A stretch of DNA of 63,986 nt, counting the filler, from Octopus bimaculoides (Eukaryota): the NCBI RefSeq assembly GCF_001194135.2. It is 5 parts of 4 records of this genome, joined end to end, with 100 filler letters (N's around TTAATTAATTAA, not from the genome) between each part and the next. Parts side by side here need not be neighbours in the genome. Positions count along the whole stretch, not along the records: positions 43,437 to 62,814 come from NC_069008.1; positions 62,915 to 63,986 come from NC_068985.1; 3 more parts are not named here. One strand, written 5' to 3'. The translations under genes were made by a program, and so were the position numbers. Below, in pieces: positions 54,032 through 63,986 of this stretch. How positions within the stretch are numbered: the stretch's first letter is position 1; each line of letters begins with the position of its first letter. The notes beneath the pieces are model-generated. The model saw only the letters and a program-made list of their open reading frames with translations, did no database searches and was not told where the DNA came from.

Positions 54032-54250
54032 AGAGTGTGTGTTTGTGTTTCTCCCCCCCCCCTCCAACATTGCTTGACAACCGATACTGGTGTATTTACG
54101 TCCCCGTAACTTAGCGGCTTGGCAAAAGAGACCGATAGAATAAGTACTAGGCTTGCAAAGAATAAGTCCTGGGGTCGATTTGCTCGACCAAAGGCAGTGC
54201 TCCAGCATGGCCACAGTCAAATGACTGAAACAAGTAAAAGAATAAACGAA
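53827..54250 (+). mobile_element. SINE family A, full length, abutting U6
   Basis: Head AGGTGCAGGAGTGGCTGTGTGGTAAG, internal (TA)(TG)n, tail CATGGCCACAGTCAAATGACTGAAACAAGTAAAAG. Confidence 0.9.
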
Positions 54251-54519
54251 TAAAAGAATATTAAATACGATAAACATAAACAAGAGTGAGTTTTTAAGAA
54301 AATTGTCTGGTTTCGCTAAAATATTTAATCCTGGGACACCCTGTATATGCAACACAGAGAAAATTATAATGACTATGGCAATGATGATGGTGATGATGAT
54401 AGTTACACACATGTGCTTTTAAACGCTGATGACAGTACGATAGGATAGGAAGCCACCATCAACATAGTAGTCAAAGAAACGAGATGACGACTGTTACTTG
54501 AGTGGGAAGTTAGACTCAC

Positions 54520-54618
54520 CTTGAGGGCGTAAAGGTTTCTCTGTTCATGAGATTTTCCATAGACTTTCAGACTTGCATGATCGAAGGTGTCTGCGTAGGT
54601 CTTCAGCAGTCTTTCGAT
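54520..54618 (-). CDS. M14A carboxypeptidase mature N-terminal exon, copy B (IERLLKTYADTFDHASLKVYGKSHEQRNLYALK)
   Basis: CTCTTCGCTGTAG acceptor, GTGAGT donor, 99 nt, phase 0/0. YGKSHEQR matches the G.S.E.R motif. Confidence 0.88.
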
Positions 54619-54802
54619 CTACAGCGAAGAGAATAAAACCGAACGTGAGATTAAGAAGACAGTGATGTTGGAGAAGGGTAAAATAAACATAGCATGATGG
54701 TAAGAGTGTGAGGCTCTGAGGGTCTGCAAAAAGTTGACATTAGCTTCGGTCCAGGGCCATTTACTACAGGTACAGACATGGCTGTTTGGTTCAGAAGCTC
54801 AC

Positions 54803-54864
54803 TTTTGTCATCATGGTGTTCAGTTGCTTGGGTGACATGCTACGCACCTTCCTTCCAAGCACTG
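54803..54864 (-). CDS. Candidate extra exon (VLGRKVRSMSPKQLNTMMTK)
   Basis: GCTGTTTACAG acceptor and GTGAGC donor; open only as phase 1 to 0. Confidence 0.3.
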
Positions 54865-54990
54865 CTGTAAACAGCGGAAGTGAGNNNNNNNNNNNNNNNN
54901 NNNNNNNNNNNNNNNNNNNNNNNNNNNNNNNNNNNNNNNNNNNNNNNNNNNNNNNNNNNNNNNNNNNNNNNNNNNNNNNNNNNNACTTAC

Positions 54991-55042
54991 TCAGTATTAC
55001 CTGTATCATTAGGGTCTGGTTGACTCCATTACCCACCATAAC
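54991..55042 (-). CDS. Candidate degenerate duplicate of the HxxE exon 5' half (VMVGNGVNQTLMIQVIL)
   Basis: Resembles FSVGPGRKTIIVE. GTAAGT donor is strong, acceptor is weak, adjacent to an N gap. Confidence 0.3.
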
Positions 55043-55250
55043 CTTTATATATATATATATACATATATAATTATATATATATAACAGGTTCGTGTGTCAC
55101 ATAGCTAACTAGAGGCGATGGCCTCTTGGAGCTAATCCACGGCAGCATTCGTCCTAATTTTGGGACTGCCATGTTGGCTTGGCGATAACTATTAATTTCC
55201 AGTACCGCTGCCGTAGTCTCCTTTAGAGAGACTTAGAAATATTAATAACC

Positions 55251-55282
<32 letters not shown>

Positions 55283-55611
55283 AACATAGGGTAAAAAATC
55301 AGATATTAATTAATAGCGATTTATTACCAGGAAGCTAGCACATTTAAAGAATCAGAGAGATTCAGAAAAAATATCTCAGATCTTAGGGAATTAAAGTATA
55401 TTCTTATATATATAATGATGACCACTAAAGTGGACAAATTGTATGCTAGAAGAAGATCACATTTTGCGTTTACTAAGACCTAATGGTTCTCAAAAGAAAG
55501 AATTTCTTTATGTACATACACCCTGTCATTGGTATACATACATTTTATACATTTATATCCCAATATTCTTGCAGACTGTGAGGAGATTATATAATAGTTG
55601 AAGCTACAAAC

Positions 55612-55710
55612 CTTGATGGCATAAATCTCTCTTTGCTCGTAAGTGGTCCCATAGGAAACGAGAGACACGTGGCTATGCCCTGCAGTATAGCGCTTCAGAA
55701 GAACCACAAT
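55612..55710 (-). CDS. M14A carboxypeptidase mature N-terminal exon, copy A (IVVLLKRYTAGHSHVSLVSYGTTYEQREIYAIK)
   Basis: TCTTCACTAG acceptor, GTTTGT donor, 99 nt, phase 0/0. 16 of 33 aa identical to copy B. Confidence 0.85.
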
Positions 55711-55731
55711 CTAGTGAAGATATAAATTTAC

Positions 55732-56132
55732 ATAATAATAATAATAATAATAATAATAATGCTTTCTAATTGATGTATCAATACCAGCAGATGACAACGT
55801 TTCCCTAAAAGAAATGGAGAAACTTTCAAAATACAAAGACCTGGAAATAGAGGTAACTCGAATGTGGAATCTAAAATCAGAAACAATTCGTATTATTGGA
55901 GGTGCCTTAGGTATAATAAAAAAATATTCAGACAAATACATAACAAGAAAACCAGGACTTACACATATATATAACATAAAGAAAATTGCACTACTGGATA
56001 CTGCACACATCCTACGCAAAACACTTTCAATACAGTAACCATAAGAGCATTACAGCAAACCACAGCACATACCCAAGGCACACAGAGCTGCGCTCGGTAG
56101 TGAAGTGAAAGCACGTTATAAAAATAAAACTA

Positions 56133-56175
<43 letters not shown>
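55732..56175 (+). mobile_element. 5'-truncated R4/Dong-like LINE end inserted in (TAA)n
   Basis: LIDVSIPADDNVSLKEMEKLSKYKDLEIEVTRMW..IIGGALG..TAHILRK (REL domain), with (TAA)n on both sides. Confidence 0.85.
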
Positions 56176-56691
56176 GTAGTAAAGACGAAGAGTGCGATTC
56201 GATTGTATAGATATTTTATTATTTCAACAGTCAACTTATAAAATATCTATTACAATCGAATCACACTCTTCCTCTTGACTATTTACCTTCGTAAAGAGTT
56301 ACGTCAATCCNNNNNNNNNNNNNNNNNNNNNNNNNNNNNNNNNNNNNNNNNNNNNNNNNNNNNNNNNNNNNNNNNNNNNNNNNNNNNNNNNNNNNNNNNN
56401 NNNNNNNNNNNNNNNNNNNNNNNNNNNNNNNNNNNNNNNNNNNNNNNNNNNNNNNNNNNNNNNNNNNNNNNNTTTTATTTTCCTAAAATTTTCGTTGCGT
56501 CTTGCAACCTTTTCAATAGTCCTAGACTATTGGAATGATAAGTGGAAATTTTAACGGTGAGTGTGTTAAATTTTAAGGCACAATAAGAAAATGACTCTCC
56601 CCAGACACAACAGAATATGCTTCAACACACGAAATCACATAAAAAATCTTGCAAACCAAATCCCAAAACGAAAAATAATAATAATATTATA

Positions 56692-56725
<34 letters not shown>

Positions 56726-57117
56726 GCAACTATTGTAGTAGTAATGTGAAGGTATGTGCCTCAGTGGTGGTGGTGGCAGTAGCAGCAGCAGCAGTAGTAG
56801 TAGTAGTTACTAAGCACCATTGTGACCTCATTGCTTAAAGGGTTGTTCTCTGGGAGACCAGGCATCATAATTCCACAGGTGGTACTTAGAGAGGATAAGC
56901 GGATAACCTATGGGAACTATGTTTAAGAAGGGTGCAAGCAATTCCAGATATTGGTGAATTGTGTTGCTGCATGCTTTACTGAGATATATGGGGTAGGACA
57001 TGTCATCTTAAAAACCCATGTTTCCTGCCTTGACAGGCGTCGACTTAATAATTTATAACAGGACCTACATCAGGGTACCTCATCTAAAGTATTTGTAGGT
57101 ACCAATACAGTACTTAC

Positions 57118-57205
57118 CTCAGAGTACTTCATAAATGTGTTTGGATTCAACTGGTAACCATACTGAGTTGAGTTCCCCGCAGGCGTCCTTTCTGCATCAA
57201 TGGCT
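57118..57205 (-). CDS. M14A carboxypeptidase pro/mature linker exon A+AIDAERTPAGNSTQYGYQLNPNTFMKYSE
   Basis: GTGTTTCTTTCAG acceptor, GTAAGT donor, 88 nt, phase 2 to 0. Confidence 0.88.
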
Positions 57206-57262
57206 CTGAAAGAAACACAAAACTTTTGGGGGTTATTAAATTGTTATAAATAAAATAAAATA

Positions 57263-57520
57263 AATGCGCCCTTTTAAAGCCTAGTCAAGCTCACGGGCCC
57301 AGTTTCCCGGTTTCTATTGCGTATGCGTTCCCCCCCCCCCCAGCTGGACGGGATGCCAGTCCATCGCAGTGTTACTCATTTTTGCCAGCTGAGTGGACTG
57401 GGGCAACGTGAAATGAAGTGTTTTGCTCAAGAACACAACGCATCGCCCGGTCCAGGAATCGAAACCACAATCTTACGATCTTGATGCTGACACCCTAACC
57501 ACTTAGCCACGCACCTCCAC
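57263..57520 (-). mobile_element. SINE family D
   Basis: Reverse complement closely matches 51828-52076. Confidence 0.85.
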
Positions 57521-58039
57521 ATAAATTGTTATGTAGGCGCGGCCATGGCTGTGTGGTTAGGAAGCTTGCTTCCCAGCTACATGATTTCGGGTTCAGTCCC
57601 ACCGCATGGCACCTTGGGCAAGTGTCTTCTGCTATAGCCCCGAGCCGACCGAAGCTTTGTGATTGAATTTGGTAGGCGGAAGTTACTGCCGTGTGTGTAT
57701 ATGTCTGTGTATGTGCTTGTGCCTCTCTCCCAAAGAGAGAGATGGGGGAAGAAAAATATTTTAGAGAAATGTTCTGAAATAGATGGCATGCAGGCACATT
57801 TGTACAATAAAGAATTTGGCTTACCAATCAGTTAGTTTAGTTATTCAGTCTTGCTGCATGGCAATTTGGGAATGAGCCTTCTATTATAACTCCAGGTTGA
57901 CCAAAACATTGTGAGTGAATTAGATAGAAAGAAAGCTGTGGGCTTAGCCTTGTGGTTACTTCGTAATATTGAACTCTTGTTGAATTCTTCCTACCTTGAC
58001 ACCACTGGCGCTGTCTCACACTCTTTAAAAAAAAAAAAA

Positions 58040-58275
58040 AGGCAGCGAGTTGGCAGAATCGTTAGTACGCCGGGCGAAATGGTTAGCGGTATTTTGTTTG
58101 CCGTTACGTTCCGAGTTCAAATTCCACTGAGGTCGACTTTGCCTTTCATCGTTTCGGGGTCGATAAATTAAGTACCAGTTATGCACTGGAGTTGATGTAA
58201 TCGACTTAATCCCTTTGTCTGTCCTCGTTTGTCCCCTCTACGTTTAGCCCCTTGTGGGCAATAAAGAAATAAGAA
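58040..58275 (+). mobile_element. SINE family B
   Basis: Full-length copy. Confidence 0.85.
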
Positions 58276-58769
58276 AGCTGAAAGAAGCTCATCTTTGGTG
58301 TGTGTGTGTGTACACCATATTTCATCACCACTGGTATCATTACCATCAGTTTTATGCATGGATCAGGTGAGACTACATTGGAAAAGAGATTTCTATGAAC
58401 AGATGCCCTTCCAGTTGCAATGCTCACCTGATTACAAGCAATGTTGTAATCCCACAGTCTATCAAACTTTGAGCAACTGGGACAAGGTTATGTATGGAAC
58501 TAGAGACAAATAACATCATACAAGTGAGGAAACATGTCAAGAACCCCAGACGTACTTTTCCGGTTGACTGTAAGCAAAGGACACTACCATTGTAAAGATT
58601 AAGGCTTTTGTAAATATGAATAAGAAATACAAACTCTCTCTCCCTCTCTCTCACACTCACACACACACTTACATATGTTATATTGTCTTTTGCCTTCTTT
58701 ACATCCATGAGATTCCATTCACAAGGCTCGTTTGGTCAGCTCAAATCAGACACATTGGCCAAAAAGACA

Positions 58770-59176
58770 TTCGAGCGAGGTCGTTGCCAGTGCCGCTGGA
58801 CTGGCTCCTGTGCGGGTGGCACGTAAAATACACCATTCTGAGCGTGGCCGTTGCCAGTACCGCCTGACTGGCCTTCGTGCCGATGGCACGTAAAAGCACC
58901 CACTACACTCTCGGAGTGGTTGGCGTTAGGAAGGGCGTCCATCTGTAGAAACTCTGCCAAATCANNNNNNNNNNGCCTGACTGGCCTTCGTGCCGATGGC
59001 ACGTAAAAGCACCCACTACACTCTCGGAGTGGTTGGCGTTAGGAAGGGCGTCCATCTGTAGAAACTCTGCCAAATCAGATTGGAGCCTGGTGTAGCCATC
59101 CGGTTCACCAGTCCTCAGTCAAATCGTTCAACCCATGCTAGCATGGAAAGCGGACGTTAAACGATGATGATGATGA
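58770..59176 (+). mobile_element. Dispersed retroelement 3' end with (GAT)n tail (family E)
   Basis: GGCGTTAGGAAGGGCGTCC..GTAGAAAC..CGTTAAACGATGATG. Related copy on the minus strand at about 44370-44550. Confidence 0.65.
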
Positions 59177-59537
59177 GAAATAGTTCTTTTATTTGCTTCA
59201 ATTTATTGGACTGCAGTCATGATGGGGAAAGAGCCTTGAAGGGTTTTAGTTGGATGAAATGACCCCTTTACTTTTTTTCTTCTTAAGCCTGGTACTTGTT
59301 TTATTAGCCTCATTTGTCAAGCAGTTTCCATCTTCCAAATTCACTCACAAGGCTTTGGTTGACCTAGGGTTATAGTACAAGACTCTTGCTCAAAGTGCCA
59401 TGCAGTAGAACAGAACCCAGGACTGTGTGGTTGGCAAGCAAACTTCTTACCTCTCTGCCGTGTACGGACAACTTATTAAGCCACATGCAAAATAAATAAA
59501 AACAAAACACTTTTAATTAGATAAGTTAACCACTTAC

Positions 59538-59674
59538 TTCTGAATATCATGTGAAAGTATTTCAACCTTGAGACCAACTCCAGCAAGGATTGGTCTAATT
59601 TTTATGTAAGTCTCCAGAGGCACCAAGAATTCACAAGTTCGGTTCAGGTAGTAAGGTGGAATCCAGAAGTCGAT
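59538..59674 (-). CDS. M14A carboxypeptidase propeptide exon IDFWIPP..HDIQ+AA
   Basis: CCTTTTACATATAG acceptor, GTAAGT donor, 137 nt. DFW and I.D.Q propeptide motifs. Confidence 0.92.
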
Positions 59675-60241
59675 CTATATGTAAAAGGAAAGAAACCAGT
59701 AATTAACAACACAGTGTAACAAAATTTTTATTTATTTTATTTATTGTCTTTGGTCAGTAAGTGTTATCTCCTAATTCCTTCTATCTAAAAATCAAAGGAA
59801 ATGACTACCATTCCCTTCACACGTTGCTTTTGGTGAGCTGGACATGAACGTTTTGCAAATTGACCTATTTTCCATTACATTTCTATCCAGAGGTTAACAG
59901 TTATTTCCAGGACCTCAATGTAGGTGGCAGAGTTAACTCTAAGGCCTTGTGGGGACATAAACACACCAACACTGGTTGTCAAGCAGTAGTGGGGCACAAA
60001 GACACACACACATATATATATATATATACGATGGACTTCTTTCAGTTTCCATCTACCAAATCCACTCACAAGTCTTTGGTCAACCCAAGGCTATAGTAGA
60101 AGATATTTGCCCAAGGTACCATGCAGTTGGGGAGCATGCTTTTTATCACATAGCCACAACTGTGACTATATTTATATATCAGGAGGATAATGGGAAGGAG
60201 GAGGAAAACGAAACAAAATACTCCAATAACAAGATACTTAC

Positions 60242-60326
60242 TTCTAAATTATTTTCTTGAGTCGTTAACAACTTTAAGGTGTTCAGCTGTGCTTCAGTTT
60301 GGGGTCTAACTCGCAACAAGTGATAG
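60242..60326 (-). CDS. M14A carboxypeptidase propeptide exon C+YHLLRVRPQTEAQLNTLKLLTTQENNLE
   Basis: TTTTCTCTCGCTAG acceptor, GTAAGT donor, 85 nt. Matches the propeptide LRV.P..E.Q...L motif. Confidence 0.9.
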
Positions 60327-61694
60327 CTAGCGAGAGAAAACAGACAAACATTAAAAAAACGAAGATAATTAATGCATAATTATTTAATTATTTCTAACAT
60401 AGGTACAAGGCCTGAAATGATTTGTGGCTGGAGGGAACTCGATTGCTGTTTTATCGTATTGATCGCAGAATGAAAGGCAAAGTTGAACTCAGAATGTAAA
60501 AAAAGGAAGAAATATCACAAAGCATTTTTATCAACACTAGTTATTCTGCTAATCCACTATTAATAATAACAATGATAATAATAATAATAATAATAGTTCT
60601 TTCTTTTATGAGCACAACGAAAGGTTTTGACTCCGTTTGAACAGTGATTATCACAGTAATACGTAATGTTTTGTAATTATAGACAAAAAAAGGAAAACAA
60701 AAGAGCATTTAATTGCGTATAATGGGATCCAATATGGAACTGCGATTGTGATCATAGTATTTTGACTGTTCAGATGATGTTTTAGAAGTAAAAGGGCGGG
60801 AATGCAATTTAATGTGTTGTAAAAAACGATTCNNNNNNNNNNNNNNNNNNNNNNNNNNNNNNNNNNNNNNNNNNNNNNNNNNNNNNNNNNNNNNNNNNNN
60901 NNNNNNNNNNNNNNNNNNNNNNNNNNNNNNNNNNNNNNNNNNNNNNNNNNNNNNNNNNNNNNNNNNNNNNNNNNNNNNNNNNNNNNNNNNNNNNNNNNNN
61001 NNNNNNNNNNNNNNNNNNNNNNNNNNNNNNNNNNNNNNNNNNNNNNNNNNNNNNNNNNNNNNNNNNNNNNNNNNNNNNNNNNNNNNNNNNNNNNNNNNNN
61101 NNNNNNNNNNNNNNNNNNNNNNNNNNNNNNNNNNNNNNNNNNNNNNNNNNNNNNNNNNNNNNNNNNNNNNNNNNNNNNNNNNNNNNNNNNNNNNNNNNNN
61201 NNNNNNNNNNNNNNNNNNNNNNNNNNNNNNNNNNNNNNNNNNNNNNNNNNNNNNNNNNNNNNNNNNNNNNNNNNNNNNNNNNNNNNNNNNNNNNNNNNNN
61301 NNNNNNNNNNNNNNNNNNNNNNNNNNNNNNNNNNNNNNNNNNNNNNNNNNNNNNNNNNNNNNNNNNNNNNNNNNNNNNNNNNNNNNNNNNNNNNNNNNNN
61401 NNNNNNNNNNNNNNNNNNNNNNNNNNNNNNNNNNNNNNNNNNNNNNNNNNNNNNNNNNNNNNNNNNNNNNNNNNNNNNNNNNNNNNNNNNNNNNNNNNNN
61501 NNNNNNNNNNNNNNNNNNNNNNNNNNNNNNNNNNNNNNNNNNNNNNNNNNNNNNNNNNNNNNNNNNNNNNNNNNNNNNNNNNNNNNNNNNNNNNNNNNNN
61601 NNNNNNNNNNNNNNNNNNNNNNNNNNNNNNNNNNNNNNNNNNNNNNNNNNNNNNNNNNNNNNNNNNNNNNNNNNNNNNNNNNNNNNNNNNNNNN

Positions 61695-62200
61695 GCGCCT
61701 CCACACAACAACAATACTAACAGTTACTGGAAGTAAGAAGTCTGAAAATATTTCAGGTTCATTCTTGTCAGACAGCGTAGCAAATTCAATTGGAGAATTT
61801 ATTTATAACCCAGATGAATACAACTTTTTCTGCATATTTTCGAAGATACGAAGAAATCTTCAACGAAGAACGTAAAAGTTGGAATTACGAGAAGAAAGTG
61901 CGACTACTTTTAAGAAAGTTATCCCCTGCCGAACATGAAAAATACTGTAATTATATTCTGCTGAAGAAACCAGATGAGTTTTGTTTCAATGAAACAGTTT
62001 ATTAGTTATCGCAAATTTTCCCATTCATTATTTGTTGGCAGTATTCAAATTTAGTTGAAAAAGATGATTTCGTCACCTATGCTGAGTTCGTTAACAGAGA
62101 ATGTGAAAAATTCAAATTAAATGAATTAACCCCGGATTTGTTTAAATGTCTAGTTTTTGTTCATGGGTTAACAGCAAGAAAAGAAAGCTGATATACGTTC
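61695..62200 (+). mobile_element. Gypsy-type LTR retrotransposon gag remnant
   Basis: TFSAYFRRYEEIF..KKVRLLLRKLSPAEHEKYCNYIL.KKP is typical of invertebrate Gypsy gag. Frameshifted. Confidence 0.7.
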
Positions 62201-62913
62201 CCCTCTTGCTATGATTGCGAAGGTTGACATTTTACAAAGTAACTGTCCTTTTAAAACTCGTAAATGGACAAATCGGACAGAAAAGCTCACGTTGTATAGC
62301 GAAACAAAAGAAAGGGGTAACAAACAAAATGCTAGAAAGAATGTATTGCTAAAAAAAATTCTAAGCTAGGTTCAGAAAAGAAAATATGTGTCCATTAAAT
62401 TGAAAAACGTGAATAAGTTAGAAATTGGATAGAGGCAGTGATATCACGACAATTAATTACAGATACACGGAGAAAATTAGGGAAACCTAGATTTTAAAAA
62501 AACTTCGAAAATTGCGTGAGGTGTTTCAGTAAAAAAAATTGTATTTTATGAGTGAAATAAGTGATGTTATATTTCATGGAGAAACTTTGAAAGCCAAAGT
62601 TTTATATGTTGAAAAATACGACCGATTTATTTGGAACAGACTGGGTGGAGCTTATGGGACTTAAACATAAATATTTTTTGTAAGAATGTAAATGGTTCTT
62701 CCGCGTCGGAGAAGTAAAAAATAAACAGAATCTAAGAAAATTTTTTCCAGAAGCTTTTTCTGAGGAATTGGGTCTTTGCACCAAAACAGAGGCGGGCGAT
62801 CTTTCGATACCAGTNNNNNNNNNNNNNNNNNNNNNNNNNNNNNNNNNNNNNNNNNNNNTTAATTAATTAANNNNNNNNNNNNNNNNNNNNNNNNNNNNNN
62901 NNNNNNNNNNNNN

Positions 62914-63986
62914 NAGCAAAGTGATGACTGCAGCGGAGCTGGGATCAAATCGGGCTGGAGTACCGTTGTGGCCTGAAAATTTGTTATTCTGCCTGGAACT
63001 TTATATTTTATTTATTCTTTCTGAACTGTTGTATTTCCTTTCTCCTTCTTTTATGAACTTTTTTAGTACGAACCGTTTATTTTATTTCTTCTGCTTTTTT
63101 TAACTGTTTTCTCTTTTATCCTGTTTTTAAAATTTTTCATTGTTTAATTTTTATGTGGTTATTTTTATCATGGCAGAGAATATAAAGAAAAATAAGGCCA
63201 CTGCTGTGGAGTGGGAGATTATCCCACCCAAGAAGTGGTTAAATGATTTCAGGGAAAGAACGGTGGTATTGCGGACCTACTCTAGGTTACTCGAAGAAGG
63301 TGGGCAACAGTAGTTGCCCACCGAAAATTGTGGGGGAGGAGGAGGACCTTCCGGCAAAGGCGGAAGTACGCCCTACTCCAGTGGCTCCAAAGAAAAAGAA
63401 AAAAAAAAAAGAACGAGGCACGGCCGGTGCTCGATAGTGCACCGCCTGCGNNNNNNNNNNAAAAAAAAAAAGAACGAGGCACGGCCGGTGCTCGATAGTG
63501 CACCGCCTGCGTGTCCCGACACTCCGTTGGTGGGAATTGTGCCACCAACGGAGGAAAGCAGGTCGGCGGGAATTGTCCCGCCAACAGTAGAAGCTGCAGG
63601 CTCACCCTGTGAGGAAAAGGATTGGCTAATCCTATTCCGAAAGGGAGGCGCCCTGCAGAAATTTGTGAATAAAAGGAAGCGTTGGAGAAAGGGAGTCCTT
63701 ACCTGTACTAAGGATCCGGACTGGTCATGTCGGGTAGTCACATAAGTATGGTAGTGAATTCTTTCCCCCTCGACGAATTCAGTATTGCAAAGTGGCCTGA
63801 CCCAGACCCATCGTTTCGCTTGAGAGAAGCAAAGGCTATATCAGGCAAAAAAACCTAAGAGGACGAGTGCCTCATATTGTGTAATGAAAAATCGTAAGAG
63901 GCAAATGCCTTAATTTATGACTTTTTATGTACGAGGTTCATAGCCTCAATGTGAAAATTTTATTTTAAAAGGAACAGTGTTATAGA
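62914..63986 (+). mobile_element. Unclassified single-ORF interspersed element, copy 2 (degenerate)
   Basis: VEWEIIPPKKWLNDFRERTVVLRTYSRLL, poly-Lys, GIVPPT repeats, EEKDWLILFRKGG; homologous to 6325-7640. Confidence 0.65.

Noticed and set aside
58424-58560. Possible extra carboxypeptidase exons (LIDCGITTLLVI; 12-nt TCAACCGGAAAA)
   Set aside because: Exons 59538 and 57205 already join perfectly (HDIQKAIDAE), and the segment runs into a dispersed-repeat motif.
58864-59070. Exact direct repeat of about 100 bp
   Set aside because: Flanks a 10-N gap; assembly overlap artefact.
63391-63510. Direct repeat in the single-ORF element
   Set aside because: Flanks a 10-N gap; assembly artefact.

Overview
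AT-rich, microsatellite-saturated animal genomic DNA. The SINE/LINE repertoire points to an octopod cephalopod (inference). The window is five assembly blocks joined by an artificial 44N-TTAATTAATTAA-44N spacer (17051, 30938, 43381, 62859), with many N gaps, so most long ORFs in the track are artefacts. The one solid protein-coding gene is an M14A (carboxypeptidase A/B-type) zinc metallocarboxypeptidase, reconstructed by hand on the minus strand from 60326 to 44036. It has three unusual properties: (i) two homologous 99-nt phase-0 exons for the start of the mature enzyme, (ii) HGRD instead of the zinc-binding HxxE and Lys at the Arg127 position, (iii) a probable signal-peptide exon on the plus strand of the neighbouring block, implying an inverted contig. 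The last exon (Glu270) is not in the window. Also present: a U6 pseudogene fused to a SINE, a degenerate tRNA-Asp with a SINE-like tail, two copies of an unclassified single-ORF element, two copies of an 8-bp-TSD MITE with different cores (one with TTAGGG repeats), fragments of R4/Dong-like, Tx1/L1-like, CR1-like, RTE, Penelope-like, mariner and Gypsy elements, and several abundant SINE families. Repeat boundaries are approximate; exon boundaries were counted base by base.
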